DNA of 64,000 nt, from NCBI GenBank assembly GCA_964437755.1, contig CAYTIA010000005.1, positions 802 through 64,801 of the forward strand, read 5' to 3'. Every line of letters starts with the position of its first letter. Within the stretch, counting starts at the first letter, position 1. Source of the stretch: an uncultured Pseudomonadales bacterium. GTDB taxonomy: Bacteria > Patescibacteriota > Microgenomatia > UBA1400 > PJMF01. Shown here one piece after another: positions 10,336 through 20,872 of this stretch. The position numbers were made by a program, and so were the translations under genes. The notes under the pieces are model-generated. The model saw nothing but the letters and a program-made list of their open reading frames with translations, was not told the DNA's origin and ran no database searches.

Positions 10336-11148
10336 ATGTTTACTCAAGACGACAACCAACAAGTAATTTTACCAACATCCGATGACTCTCAGGCTCAATC
10401 AGGAAGCACTCCATCAACTGAACCAAAAGTTGATGACAATATTGGTTCATATGAACCTCCTTTAGAAATTGATGAAGATGCCCAATCTAAAGGTCAACAA
10501 CCCTCTATCCAGGATTCAACAGTCGTTGAGGATAATCTAGCTGAACTAAAAAAAATGGTTGCTAGTTTTGGAGATGACGTAAAACAACCATCTGATAATG
10601 CTGACAGTCAAATTCTAGACGAGCCTTCTGTGGAAAAGACTTTTGAATCAACAGATGATTCTTTTGGTAATAATATATCGCAGAATGCTCAGGCCACTTC
10701 AACTGGAAATTCAGAAGCCTTAGCTGATCAAAACATTTTCTTTTTGCTAGGAGCTGAAAAAAGTAGCGCTCAAGAACAGGAGGAATTTTTAAATGAACTT
10801 CAAGCTACTATATGGGAAGATTTTGTACACAATGATATGGAGCTATTGATAACTTCTCAAGAAAAAGTTGGTGCTGATGAAATTACTAATAATGCAAGTT
10901 TAACTGAGTTGCAAAAGCAGGAACAGTTATTAGATTACCTTGATAATTTAATTCCTGATTTAGAGACAATAATGCTAGAAAAAGCTTTAGAACTCAAGCA
11001 AGATCTGGTAAAAGAAAGAATTACCTCTATAAAAGAGGCATCTCCTAACGATCAGCTCAAGCTTAACAGAATTCAAGAAGTTGAGTCTCTTCTAAGCCAA
11101 GGAAGATGGTATTCAGCTGGAGTTCTGTTAAATCAAATTGATCAATAG
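10336..11148 (+). CDS. Hypothetical acidic protein (disordered N-half, helical C-half)
   Basis: 270-aa ORF, D/E/S/Q-rich. Confidence 0.7.
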   Translation: MFTQDDNQQVILPTSDDSQAQSGSTPSTEPKVDDNIGSYEPPLEIDEDAQSKGQQPSIQDSTVVEDNLAELKKMVASFGDDVKQPSDNADSQILDEPSVEKTFESTDDSFGNNISQNAQATSTGNSEALADQNIFFLLGAEKSSAQEQEEFLNELQATIWEDFVHNDMELLITSQEKVGADEITNNASLTELQKQEQLLDYLDNLIPDLETIMLEKALELKQDLVKERITSIKEASPNDQLKLNRIQEVESLLSQGRWYSAGVLLNQIDQ

Positions 11149-11318
11149 TTTTTAAGTTTTTCAATATCATTAGTGTTGTTAATGCACTTGTCTTGGTATT
11201 CGTTGTAAAAGTCAGCATTTCTAAACTGTATTTGCTTATGAGTAGTTATGAGTCATGATACTATACTTGTAAGTGTGTTATAGTTTATTTTATTTTTTGA
11301 ACTCTCTTTGCATACCAA

Positions 11319-12452
11319 ATGAAACACCAAAACTTAAGTATCAATGGTAGCCATTTTTTTTCGCAATTATTCTCTTCAAACTCTTTAAATTTATATTTTG
11401 ATTTTGGAAGTTTTTACACAAGAGTTGCAACTTCAGAAAAATTATTGATCAATCAACCAACTTGTTATTTGAGTGAGAGAAACACGGGAGCTGTTTTAAC
11501 AATGGGCAAAGAAGCTTTTCGTTCATTTGGGAAGTCTAGTTCAAGTACTCAGGTAATTTTCCCGATAAAAAAAGGAAGTATTTATGATTCGAAAGAGTTT
11601 AATCAATATTTAGAATTATTGTTGATGCAGATAAAAAAAATAATAGATAGGAAATTTTTCACCAAAGTGGTGGCTGTATGCTATGTGCCAGAATCAGCCA
11701 CCTTCTTAGATAAACAACTTTTTATAAATGCTTTTTTAAATTTTGGAATTACTCAAGTACGCATAGAAAATAAAGCGAGCATAATTTTAAAAAATTGTGC
11801 TCAAACTCCAACTCAATCATCACATCTCAATCTAGATAAGTATAATAATGACGTTGTTTCTCATAATACTGTTGCTATTCTTGATATTGGCGATCAACTT
11901 ACTGAGTTAGCAATAGGTTCTGTTGAAAGCATCATGCTCGCTACAACACTTGACTTCGGTGGTCAACAAATTACTCAGGCAATCATTGATTACTTAAAAG
12001 AACACTGCGAACTTCAAATAAGCAAAACTCAAGCGATGAGTCTAAAACACCAGATGCAAAATGTTTTTGGAGGTGAGGTTAGAAAAATCTCAAACGATAA
12101 AGCTGTTCGAGTTGATAAAAAAAGCTCTTCGGTTTCCAAAACATTAATAAACAACTCAGTTATCAATGTTAGGGGAGTAGGGTTATCTGAGGGATTGGTT
12201 GTAACTCAAAAAATTCAAGTTGAGTCAATAAAAAATATTATTTTGAATCAACTAAGACAACTTTCAAAAAAAATAAAAAACAGCTTACTTAATTCAAATT
12301 CTCAAGAATTAGTATCAGCACTAGAAAATGGTTTAATAATAACTGGTGGAGGAAGCTTACTTGCTGGAATAGATGATTTTTTATCGGAAGAGGTTGGACT
12401 AGGTGTTTATAGATCATTAAATCCATATAGCTTTCTTGTAAAGGGGGGTTAG
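11319..12452 (+). CDS. mreB: MreB-like rod shape-determining protein (divergent)
   Basis: DFGS, FPIKKGSI, LDIG, FGGQ, ITGGGSLL actin-fold motifs; directly upstream of mreC and PBP2. Confidence 0.75.
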   Translation: MKHQNLSINGSHFFSQLFSSNSLNLYFDFGSFYTRVATSEKLLINQPTCYLSERNTGAVLTMGKEAFRSFGKSSSSTQVIFPIKKGSIYDSKEFNQYLELLLMQIKKIIDRKFFTKVVAVCYVPESATFLDKQLFINAFLNFGITQVRIENKASIILKNCAQTPTQSSHLNLDKYNNDVVSHNTVAILDIGDQLTELAIGSVESIMLATTLDFGGQQITQAIIDYLKEHCELQISKTQAMSLKHQMQNVFGGEVRKISNDKAVRVDKKSSSVSKTLINNSVINVRGVGLSEGLVVTQKIQVESIKNIILNQLRQLSKKIKNSLLNSNSQELVSALENGLIITGGGSLLAGIDDFLSEEVGLGVYRSLNPYSFLVKGG

Positions 12453-12472
12453 AAATAGCGATTTTATTAATT

Positions 12473-13276
12473 ATGAACTTGATATCTCCAATAACTTTTA
12501 TTTCAAAAAAATCCAGAATCAAAACAATGGAAGCTGGATTAATTGCAGTATTTGTTTTTTTAGTTTTTATTTTTCAGTTAAGTGGTATATCTTCGACAGC
12601 CTTAAGTATTGGGAATGTGATTTGTATCCCTTTTATTCGATTAAATGTTGCCGTAGTTTCAAAAATTCATAATTTTCATGAAATTCTGCATCAGCAACAA
12701 CAACTGATTAGAAGAGTTCAAGATCTAGAAATCAGATTAAGTCAATCTCAGGCTCGTCTTGGCGAGATTGACCAACTTTCTAAGGAAAATGAAGAACTTA
12801 GGCAGTTACTAAATAGTTCTGACAGGTCTTTAAGAAAGGTGGTAATAACTAAACCAATTTTGTCATTTGCTCAACCAACAGTTGGTATTTCAGCAGAGGA
12901 AGAAATCCAAATAGGATTAGCGGTTTTAGTGAAAGATACCTTAATTGGACAGATTAAGGAAATTAAACAAGGTGCTGCCTCGATTGAGTTGTTGTGGCAA
13001 GGAGGGTCAAGTCCCGTGTTGGCAACAACTGAATCAGGTACTCAGGGAGTTGTTATTGGAGATGGGAAAAGAGTGATTTTTACAGAGGTGCCAATTACCG
13101 AAAAGCTAGAAATCGGGCAGAGAATCACCACTACAGGACAAAGAGGGATAGAGAGGGGTTTGTATATTGGGGAGATTCGCGCTCTTCAAACAGGTGCTTC
13201 TTCTGCTGTACAAACAGCTATTATTGAGCAACACGTATCCTTTTATGAAGCCCAACTTGTTGAAATAAGATTGTAG
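12473..13276 (+). CDS. mreC: Rod shape-determining protein MreC
   Basis: TM helix, coiled coil ending ENEELRQLL, beta domain with ITTTG...GLYIG. Confidence 0.85.
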   Translation: MNLISPITFISKKSRIKTMEAGLIAVFVFLVFIFQLSGISSTALSIGNVICIPFIRLNVAVVSKIHNFHEILHQQQQLIRRVQDLEIRLSQSQARLGEIDQLSKENEELRQLLNSSDRSLRKVVITKPILSFAQPTVGISAEEEIQIGLAVLVKDTLIGQIKEIKQGAASIELLWQGGSSPVLATTESGTQGVVIGDGKRVIFTEVPITEKLEIGQRITTTGQRGIERGLYIGEIRALQTGASSAVQTAIIEQHVSFYEAQLVEIRL

Positions 13277-13341
13277 CAATAATAGATCTATCATTAACTT
13301 TAAACTTGGATTTTTTATTTGGTGGGGTTAGCATATAACTT

Positions 13342-13779
13342 ATGTCCATAATCATAAAGAATACTTTCATTTTTTTAATCAAGTTGTTTGTATTATTGTT
13401 TGTATTGAGTTTTGAAAGGGTGGTTGGATTACCCTTTCTTTTTTCCTTGTTTGGTCTAATTATGCTTGATCAAACTAAGAAATCTTTCTTTATAAGACCT
13501 GTTTTGCTGCTAATTCTAAGTTTTTTAATGGCTGCAATGTTTCAAGCAGCCTGGTTAACAACAATGGTTGCATGGTGTTTGTCATTAATGTTTATGATTT
13601 TGGGTACTAAGTTGGTGAGAGTTAAAAAAAGGAGGTTCTTAATAATAGTGATTATTCAAAACTTATTGTGGCTGTGGTGGTTGAATATTCCAACAAATTG
13701 GTCTTTACTAATCCAATTAATTGTAAGTTACGTTCTCGTGATAATCTGGTTTAGAATTTTCTCAAAACCTAGAAAATAA
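13342..13779 (+). CDS. Membrane protein in the MreD position
   Basis: Hydrophobic 145 aa between mreC and PBP2; its stop overlaps the PBP2 start. Confidence 0.55.
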   Translation: MSIIIKNTFIFLIKLFVLLFVLSFERVVGLPFLFSLFGLIMLDQTKKSFFIRPVLLLILSFLMAAMFQAAWLTTMVAWCLSLMFMILGTKLVRVKKRRFLIIVIIQNLLWLWWLNIPTNWSLLIQLIVSYVLVIIWFRIFSKPRK

Positions 13780-15659
13780 TGAAAAAAAATTATCGAATTA
13801 TCTCGTTTATAAAACTTGGTAAGCGTGATAAATTTTTTGTCGTTGTTTTTATTATGGTGGTGGCTTTTTCAGTATTGGTTCTGAGATTGATTCATGTTCA
13901 GTTGATAATGGGTAGTTACTATTATCGATTGGCTGATGCCAATCGACATTTTAAACAGCCAATTCCTGCCAGAAGAGGGGTTTTTTTAGATAGATATCAT
14001 CAACCACTAGTTAACAACACTAAACAATATTACGAACAAGAAGAGGATCTACTTTTTCCAAAAAAAAATCAAATAGACCATCAATCTGCTTTAGAGTTAA
14101 TGGTCAAAAATGATTGGCAAGTTTCGTTTGAGTATCGAAGACTGTATAAATATCCTTGGCAGCTCGCCCACACATTGGGTTACGTAGGGCCAATTACCTC
14201 TCAGGAACTGGCAGAGAATAATCAACTTAAAGTAAACGATCAAGTTGGAAAAATGGGCTTAGAAAAAGTTTATGATCAAGTATTGAGAGGCAGAGATGGT
14301 TATCAAATTTTTGAGATTAATACTTTAGGAGAAAAACAACAACTAGTCTCAAAAACAGACCCAGTTGCAGGCAATGATATTTTGACTAGTCTGGATCCAT
14401 TCTTATCAAAAATTGCGTATGATGCTTTGGGAGAGATGATGGGAGCTGTGATAGTTTTAGACGCAGAAACTGGGCAGGTTTTAGTTTTGGTTAACAAGCC
14501 ATCTTTTAATCCTAATGATTTTGGCAATAACTTTTTAGATCAAGTACATGAAGAACAAAGAAAGGCCAGTCTTCAAAGTTATTTTCAAGATGAAAGAAGA
14601 GTGTTTTTTAATCGGGCCATCAGCGGAACCTATCCGCCAGGATCTGTTTTTAAGTTAGTCACTTCTGTGGCAGGTTTAGAGTCAGGATCTTTCGACGAAC
14701 ACAAAACAGTTTTGGATGAAGGAATATTAAAGGTTGGAGATTATGAGTACAGAAATTGGCTTTATACTCAGCGAGGAGCAACTGATGGCGAGATTGCCCT
14801 AATTCGAGCTATTGCTAGAAGTAATGACATCTTTTTTTATAAAGCAGCTGAATGGACGGGGCCAACAACGATTGCTAATCAGGCATTGGCCTTTGGATTT
14901 GGTAAAATAACTGGAATTGAGCTATCTGGAGAAGTTAGAGGACTTGTTCCAGATCCTACTTGGAAGGAAGAGGTGATGGGAGAAAGATGGTTTTTAGGAA
15001 ATACTTACCATTTTGGAATTGGCCAAGGAGACATGGTTGCCACCCCCCTTCAGATTGCTCAGTTTATTCAATCTTTAGGAAACTATGGGAAGCTTTGTCA
15101 TCCTAGTTTAGTCATCAATGATGGAAAAAATGAGTGGAGTGCAGAAAAATGTGAAAACCTTGGTCTTCAGGATAATTCTTTAGAATTAACCTTAAGTGGA
15201 ATGATAGCTGCTTGTCAGCCTGGTGGCACTGGTTCACTCTTGTTTAAATATAACGAAGCTTTTGCGCCAATTAATGATGTAGAAAATGCTTACGATATGA
15301 TTGAGGCTGGGGCGGTTGGATGTAAAACAGGAACCAGCGAGTTCGGCGGACAAAACGAAAAAGGAAGAAGGAGAACTCATGGGTGGTTTGTTGCAATTAC
15401 AACAATAAATAGTGAAGATGTGGAGAATAATATTGAGGAAAGACTTGAATTATCGATAAATAGAGAAGAGGAAGAAAGTCAGTTAGAAATACTATCAACT
15501 AAAGAGTTACAGCAATGGTTAGATGGTATACAAAAACAGGGATTTCCAAAAAAAATAGCTCTTGTTGCATTAGTAGAAAGTGATGACGCTATTCCTTATA
15601 AGGAGGGTTCTAGAGAAGCAGCTCCGGTAATAGGTGCAATTTTAAGTTATTTGAAGTGA
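13779..15659 (+). CDS. mrdA: Penicillin-binding protein 2 (class B transpeptidase)
   Basis: ARRG..LDR, GKMGLE, PGSVFK (SxxK), SND, KTGT motifs. Confidence 0.88.
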   Translation: MKKNYRIISFIKLGKRDKFFVVVFIMVVAFSVLVLRLIHVQLIMGSYYYRLADANRHFKQPIPARRGVFLDRYHQPLVNNTKQYYEQEEDLLFPKKNQIDHQSALELMVKNDWQVSFEYRRLYKYPWQLAHTLGYVGPITSQELAENNQLKVNDQVGKMGLEKVYDQVLRGRDGYQIFEINTLGEKQQLVSKTDPVAGNDILTSLDPFLSKIAYDALGEMMGAVIVLDAETGQVLVLVNKPSFNPNDFGNNFLDQVHEEQRKASLQSYFQDERRVFFNRAISGTYPPGSVFKLVTSVAGLESGSFDEHKTVLDEGILKVGDYEYRNWLYTQRGATDGEIALIRAIARSNDIFFYKAAEWTGPTTIANQALAFGFGKITGIELSGEVRGLVPDPTWKEEVMGERWFLGNTYHFGIGQGDMVATPLQIAQFIQSLGNYGKLCHPSLVINDGKNEWSAEKCENLGLQDNSLELTLSGMIAACQPGGTGSLLFKYNEAFAPINDVENAYDMIEAGAVGCKTGTSEFGGQNEKGRRRTHGWFVAITTINSEDVENNIEERLELSINREEEESQLEILSTKELQQWLDGIQKQGFPKKIALVALVESDDAIPYKEGSREAAPVIGAILSYLK

Positions 15660-15689
15660 GCTGGTCAGCATCTTACTTACTAGCGATTT

Positions 15690-16247
15690 TCATTGAGAAA
15701 AAATTATTGTTTTTTTTAGTGTCTCATTTTGATTGATTAACTCTCTTAAGTGATCATCAGTTCTTAAAAGATTTCCGCTTGAGTGGCTGATATCGATAAG
15801 AATTTTTCCTGATGGTTTAAGCAAAGGTATTAATGACTCAAGAAACTTTATTTTACTATCTAATGGAGATAGTCCAGGATATATGACGTGTTGAAGAACG
15901 TTAACTAACAAAATTGTATCTGCCGTTGAATGATATCTTGAATCAAATTGGGGCGGTTTATCTCTGGCTAATAGAATAAAAGGAACATCACTATTTTTTA
16001 GATCTTGATCTCGATTGTCAAATAGATCAGCCTGAATAAGAGCTGAATCTGCCACATGAGCAATCTTGGCGCCAATTAATCCATTGCCACAGCCGATATC
16101 AAAAATAACACCGTTGGTTACACAATGTTCTTTGATAAAAATAGCCATGCTTGCATATTGATATCTTTCGGCTCCCATAAGTGCCGGAGGAGCTGAAATT
16201 TTTGAGGGAAGTTGTATTGATTGAGTGAGTGTATCTTGTTCTGCCAT
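15690..16247 (-). CDS. Class I SAM-dependent methyltransferase
   Basis: IFDIGCGNG motif I, VLQHV, LKPSGKI. Confidence 0.85.
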   Translation of the reverse strand: MAEQDTLTQSIQLPSKISAPPALMGAERYQYASMAIFIKEHCVTNGVIFDIGCGNGLIGAKIAHVADSALIQADLFDNRDQDLKNSDVPFILLARDKPPQFDSRYHSTADTILLVNVLQHVIYPGLSPLDSKIKFLESLIPLLKPSGKILIDISHSSGNLLRTDDHLRELINQNETLKKTIIFSQ

Positions 16248-16380
16248 ATTTTACTTAAAATCAACAGTCGTTGTTAATGAGTTATATTTGTAAGCTTGTT
16301 CTCATGATAATCTGAAAAGAGTATTTTTTCTAGCAAAAAAACTTAAGCTATTTTTCAGTTTTAAGGCTGATAATGAAATA

Positions 16381-17604
16381 ATGAGTTTACAAATAGATAA
16401 AAAAAAGAAGATTGATCATTTTGTACAAAATGATCAATTGGCAAGACTACTTAAAGAGCACTCACAGCTAACAAAAGATGACAGAAGAAATTGGACGGTT
16501 CTTTTTTCTGTTGAGGGTATAGGTCCACAAACTTTTTATTTAATTGTCAATTACCTGAATAAATACCAAATATCTTGGGAAGATTTTTGGGTTGGAAAAC
16601 AGGGCATATGGACAAAATTATCGTTAAACAAAAATATTATAGAATCAATAAAAAAGTTTATAAAAGAACACACAATTAACTCATATTGGAACAGTATAAT
16701 TGAGAAAAAAATTTCGGTAATATTTATCACAGATCAGAACTATCCCTTCTTATTAAAACAGATTGATGATCCTCCTCCATTGTTTTTTTTGAAAGGAAAA
16801 ATGATAGAAGATGAAAAGTTGCCAATAGCAGTGATTGGTTCCAGGAAAATGACTGGTTATGGATGTATGGTTACAGAAAAAATTGTTAATGAGCTAGTGA
16901 TTAATGATGTGGTTATAGTTTCAGGATTTATGTATGGAGTTGATGTAAAAGCTCAGAAAACAGCCATTAAACAAGGAGGCTATACTATTGGAGTTCTTGG
17001 TTATGGTTTTGATCATGTTTTCCCAAAATCTCAAACTCAACTAATGGAAACTATGCTTGAATCAGGCAATATAACCTTTATCTCAGAATATGCACCATCT
17101 GTTTGTCCCTCAAAAGGAACATTCCCCAGAAGAAATAGAATTATTGCTGGCTTAAGTTTTGGCGTGGTGGTTACTGAGGCAGGTCTGCGTAGCGGTACAC
17201 AGATTACTGTTTCTTATGCACTAAATTATGGAAGAGATGTATTTGCGGTATCAGGTCCAGTGACTAGTATTTACCACGAAGGAGTAAAATCGATGCTTAA
17301 TCAGGGTGCAACGTTGGTTGGTTCAGGAGTAGAAATTCTGAATAATTTATCGATAAAACAATGGATAGATATAAAGCAATATAAAACAGTTGAGAGTAAA
17401 CCACACCCTCAAACTACTAAGGCTAACAAGTTGAATCAGGATATTCTTGACGCGTTGAGCATTATGCCCCTAACAACGTCTGAACTATCAAAACAGATTG
17501 AAGCAAAAACAAGCAAGATAAATAAAGCCTTGGCTTTATTAGAAATTGATGGAGCCATTGTTTACAAAGAAGGGTGTTGGTGGAGAATAAAGAATAATTT
17601 CTGA
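16381..17604 (+). CDS. dprA: DNA-processing protein DprA
   Basis: YPFLLKQIDDPP, AVIGSR, VSGFMYGVD, FPRRNRIIAGLS, GRDVFAV; upstream of topA. Confidence 0.95.
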   Translation: MSLQIDKKKKIDHFVQNDQLARLLKEHSQLTKDDRRNWTVLFSVEGIGPQTFYLIVNYLNKYQISWEDFWVGKQGIWTKLSLNKNIIESIKKFIKEHTINSYWNSIIEKKISVIFITDQNYPFLLKQIDDPPPLFFLKGKMIEDEKLPIAVIGSRKMTGYGCMVTEKIVNELVINDVVIVSGFMYGVDVKAQKTAIKQGGYTIGVLGYGFDHVFPKSQTQLMETMLESGNITFISEYAPSVCPSKGTFPRRNRIIAGLSFGVVVTEAGLRSGTQITVSYALNYGRDVFAVSGPVTSIYHEGVKSMLNQGATLVGSGVEILNNLSIKQWIDIKQYKTVESKPHPQTTKANKLNQDILDALSIMPLTTSELSKQIEAKTSKINKALALLEIDGAIVYKEGCWWRIKNNF

Positions 17605-17799
17605 TTGTACTTTGATAGCTTGCAAAGTAGAAGCAAAACTGTTGAGGGACTTGCTCCTCAGAAAGAGTTAATTTCTATTAATAATCATTAGCATTGTTAA
17701 CGAATTTATTTTGGTTAGTGTATATTAGTAGTTTATAATGACGCATTGGCACAAAGGCCATAAAAAATCTAAAGAAAAAAAATAATAAGAAAGAAATTC

Positions 17800-19947
17800 A
17801 TGAATTTAGTGATTGTCGAGTCACCAACCAAAGCAAAGAAACTTAGTACCTACCTAGGCAAAAGTTATAAGGTAAAGGCTTCAGTGGGGCATGTTCGAGA
17901 TTTACCAAAGAGCAAGCTGGGAGTTGACCTTGATAAAAACTTTGAGCCTACCTATCAAATACCAAGAGGTAAGGGAGTTGTGGTTAAAGAACTTCAAAAG
18001 CTAGCAAAATCGGCTGACAAAGTCTATTTGGCTATGGATCCTGATCGAGAAGGGGAAGCAATTGCCTGGCATGTTAAAGAACTTCTTCTAGAAAAAGATA
18101 AAAAAACAACTGATGATTATTTACGTTGTACTTTTAACGAAATTACAAAACAGGCCGTTATTCAAGCGATTGAAAATCCAGGAGAGCTTAATCTTAATCT
18201 TGTAGATGCCCAACAAGCTCGCCGAGTAGTGGATCGATTGGTTGGATATAAAATTTCCCCAGTTTTATGGAGAAAGATTCGACGCGGGTTGTCTGCAGGA
18301 AGAGTTCAGTCTGTGGCAGTTAGGTTAATCGTTGAACGTGAACGAGAGAGAGATGCTTTTAATCCAGAAGAATATTGGGAAATAGAGGTAGCTGTTGATA
18401 GTTCTGAGGATGTCGCAACACGAAAGCCAAATAAAATTTATGTAGATGGCAAAATCACTGAAAATTTACCTCAAGAAATTCTCAACCTTCAACTGTATCA
18501 AATAAATAAGAAAAAACTCGATGTTGATAGTCAAGACAAGGCAAAACCTGTTATTGAAGATCTATCTGGAGCAAACTATAAAGTTGTTGAAGTTGAACGC
18601 AAAGAAAGGAAACAACAAAGTAAACCACCTTTTACAACTTCTACTCTTCAACAAACTGCTGCTTATATGTTGGGTTTTTCTGCAAAACAGACAATGACTT
18701 TAGCTCAGCAACTTTATGAAGAGGGATTAATCACTTACCATCGTACTGATGCCATGACGTTAAGTACCAGTGCTCTAGAAATGGCACGAGATTATATTAA
18801 GAGAGAGTATGGGCAAAAATATCTTCCATCAAAAGTTAGAGTTTTTAAAAATAACTCAAAAAATGCTCAAGAGGCTCATGAAGCAATTCGTGTTACTGAT
18901 GTCAATTTAGTTGAGGAAAGAGTAGCGGAACAGGGAGCAAAATTGGGTCCAAGACATGCCAAACTGTATGATTTAATTTGGCGAAGATTTTTGGCTAGCC
19001 AGATGGAGTCAGCGGTATACGATCAAACGACAATTCATGTTGAGGCAATTAATCCGAATAACAAGGATAATATTTATAATTTAAGAACTACGGGTTCAAT
19101 CATGAAGTTTCCAGGTTGGAGAAGACTTTTTCCATCTGGCCAAGATATTCAACTCCCAGAAATTAAGAATAATCAGGAATTAAAATATTTAGATATTAAT
19201 CCTCAGCAAAAATTCACTCAACCACCACCAAGATATAATGATGCTTCTTTGGTCAAAGAGTTAGAAAAACGAGGTATTGGTAGACCAAGCACGTATGCCA
19301 GCATTATCTCTGTTATTCAAGACAGGGGTTATGTAGATCGCGAGAACAAAGCTTTTGCTCCAACCGCAATTGGATACACGGTTTGTGATTTTTTAATCCA
19401 GAACTTTGAAGGAATTATGGACTACGATTTCACGGCAGAAATGGAAGAAGACCTAGACAGAATTGCAAGAGGAGAAAAGGAATGGAGAAAGGTAATGGCT
19501 AATTTTTGGTCGCCTCTTGAGGGGAAAATCGAGAATGTATTAGAAAATGCACAGAGAGCCCAGATCCCAACCGAGAAAACTGGCGAAGTATGTCCTGAAT
19601 GTGGCAAAACTGATGGGGGAGAGATTGTGATCAGAACGGGTAGATATGGAAAGTTTCGTAGCTGTAGTCGCTATCCAGATTGTAAGTTCACTGAACCAAT
19701 TGTTGATGTTTTAGAAGGATATGATTGTCCATTGTGTGGCAAGGGTCAGATTATTATCAAACCCACCAGATATGGCAAGAGTTTCTTTGGATGTAGTCGC
19801 TATCCCGAATGTGATTGGGCCAGTTGGAAAAAGCCAGAAAAAGACTTAAAGATATCTGCTCAAGAATGGCAAGAGATTCAAAAAGCTAGGGAAGAGAGAA
19901 AAGCCAAGAGAAACTCAACAAAAAAAACTAAAAAAAAGAAAAAATAA
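17800..19947 (+). CDS. topA: DNA topoisomerase I
   Basis: IVESPTKA, DPDREGE, SAGRVQS, ITYHRTD, GIGRPSTY, two C4 zinc ribbons. Confidence 0.98.
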   Translation: MNLVIVESPTKAKKLSTYLGKSYKVKASVGHVRDLPKSKLGVDLDKNFEPTYQIPRGKGVVVKELQKLAKSADKVYLAMDPDREGEAIAWHVKELLLEKDKKTTDDYLRCTFNEITKQAVIQAIENPGELNLNLVDAQQARRVVDRLVGYKISPVLWRKIRRGLSAGRVQSVAVRLIVERERERDAFNPEEYWEIEVAVDSSEDVATRKPNKIYVDGKITENLPQEILNLQLYQINKKKLDVDSQDKAKPVIEDLSGANYKVVEVERKERKQQSKPPFTTSTLQQTAAYMLGFSAKQTMTLAQQLYEEGLITYHRTDAMTLSTSALEMARDYIKREYGQKYLPSKVRVFKNNSKNAQEAHEAIRVTDVNLVEERVAEQGAKLGPRHAKLYDLIWRRFLASQMESAVYDQTTIHVEAINPNNKDNIYNLRTTGSIMKFPGWRRLFPSGQDIQLPEIKNNQELKYLDINPQQKFTQPPPRYNDASLVKELEKRGIGRPSTYASIISVIQDRGYVDRENKAFAPTAIGYTVCDFLIQNFEGIMDYDFTAEMEEDLDRIARGEKEWRKVMANFWSPLEGKIENVLENAQRAQIPTEKTGEVCPECGKTDGGEIVIRTGRYGKFRSCSRYPDCKFTEPIVDVLEGYDCPLCGKGQIIIKPTRYGKSFFGCSRYPECDWASWKKPEKDLKISAQEWQEIQKAREERKAKRNSTKKTKKKKK

Positions 19948-19955
19948 TCATCACA

Positions 19956-20537
19956 ATGAAAATTGCACTTTTTGGTGGAGCTTTTGATCCCCCCCATCTT
20001 GGTCATCTTCAGGTGATTGTCAACCTTTTTGAAAACAGGTTGGCAGATGAAGTCTGGTTGGTGCCTACGGGGACGCATGATTTTCATAAACTGATGCAAC
20101 CAGCTCCAATTAGACTAAAGATGTTAGAGATGCTCATTGATCAAATTCCTTTTAAGCATAGAGATAAAGTTAAGATTGAGCGGTGCGAATTGGAGAGAGA
20201 AGGAGTTAGCCATACAATTGACACTCTTAATCAGTTATCAAAACAATATCCCCATGACGATTTATATTTTGTAATTGGTTCTGATAACTTACAAAAGTTT
20301 CACCTGTGGGACAGATATCAAGAAATATTAGAAAAGTTTCCAGTTATTGTCTATCCGAGAGTTAATTATCCCATGAGTTCCACATATAAGAGCATGATTC
20401 CGTTAACAGGGGTTAAGCAGTTCTTAGCTTCTTCTACAGAGATAAAAAAAAGAATAATCGAACGAAAATCGGTTGATGACATGTTGCCTCAGGAAATACT
20501 AGACTTTATTCAGAAGGAACGACTATACTTGAGTTGA
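19956..20537 (+). CDS. nadD: Nicotinate-nucleotide adenylyltransferase
   Basis: FGGAFDPPHLGH, IGSDN, SSTEIK. Confidence 0.93.
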   Translation: MKIALFGGAFDPPHLGHLQVIVNLFENRLADEVWLVPTGTHDFHKLMQPAPIRLKMLEMLIDQIPFKHRDKVKIERCELEREGVSHTIDTLNQLSKQYPHDDLYFVIGSDNLQKFHLWDRYQEILEKFPVIVYPRVNYPMSSTYKSMIPLTGVKQFLASSTEIKKRIIERKSVDDMLPQEILDFIQKERLYLS

Positions 20538-20564
20538 TAATTATATATTTCAGAAAAAAATAGT

Positions 20565-20864
20565 ATGGCAGAAGCAAAATACAAAAAGTTTTATAAATTA
20601 ATGCGCGAAAAAGAAGAAAAACTGTTTCAAGAGTTTGAGCATATTCATCAGTCGTATAAAGAAGATTCTAAGGCAAATCAGCCAGAATTTAATAGGATTG
20701 GTGAAAAGGTTGTCGAGGTGATTCGTGACTGGGATAGGAAGTTGTGTTCAAGTATGGGCAAAACAATGTATGGTCAATACTCTCAGCAGGTCTCTGAGAA
20801 GTTTTGGGATTTAGTGCGTCAAGATTTTGATCAAATTGATATGGTGGGAATAAAAATAGAGTAG
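20565..20864 (+). CDS. Hypothetical protein
   Basis: 99-aa ORF tightly packed between nadD and nadE. Confidence 0.7.
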   Translation: MAEAKYKKFYKLMREKEEKLFQEFEHIHQSYKEDSKANQPEFNRIGEKVVEVIRDWDRKLCSSMGKTMYGQYSQQVSEKFWDLVRQDFDQIDMVGIKIE

Positions 20865-20872
20865 TTATCACA

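Noticed and set aside
13779-20537. UGA-to-Gly recoding (genetic code 25)
   Set aside because: Full-length conserved genes read through without internal TGA, and PBP2, dprA and nadD end at TGA
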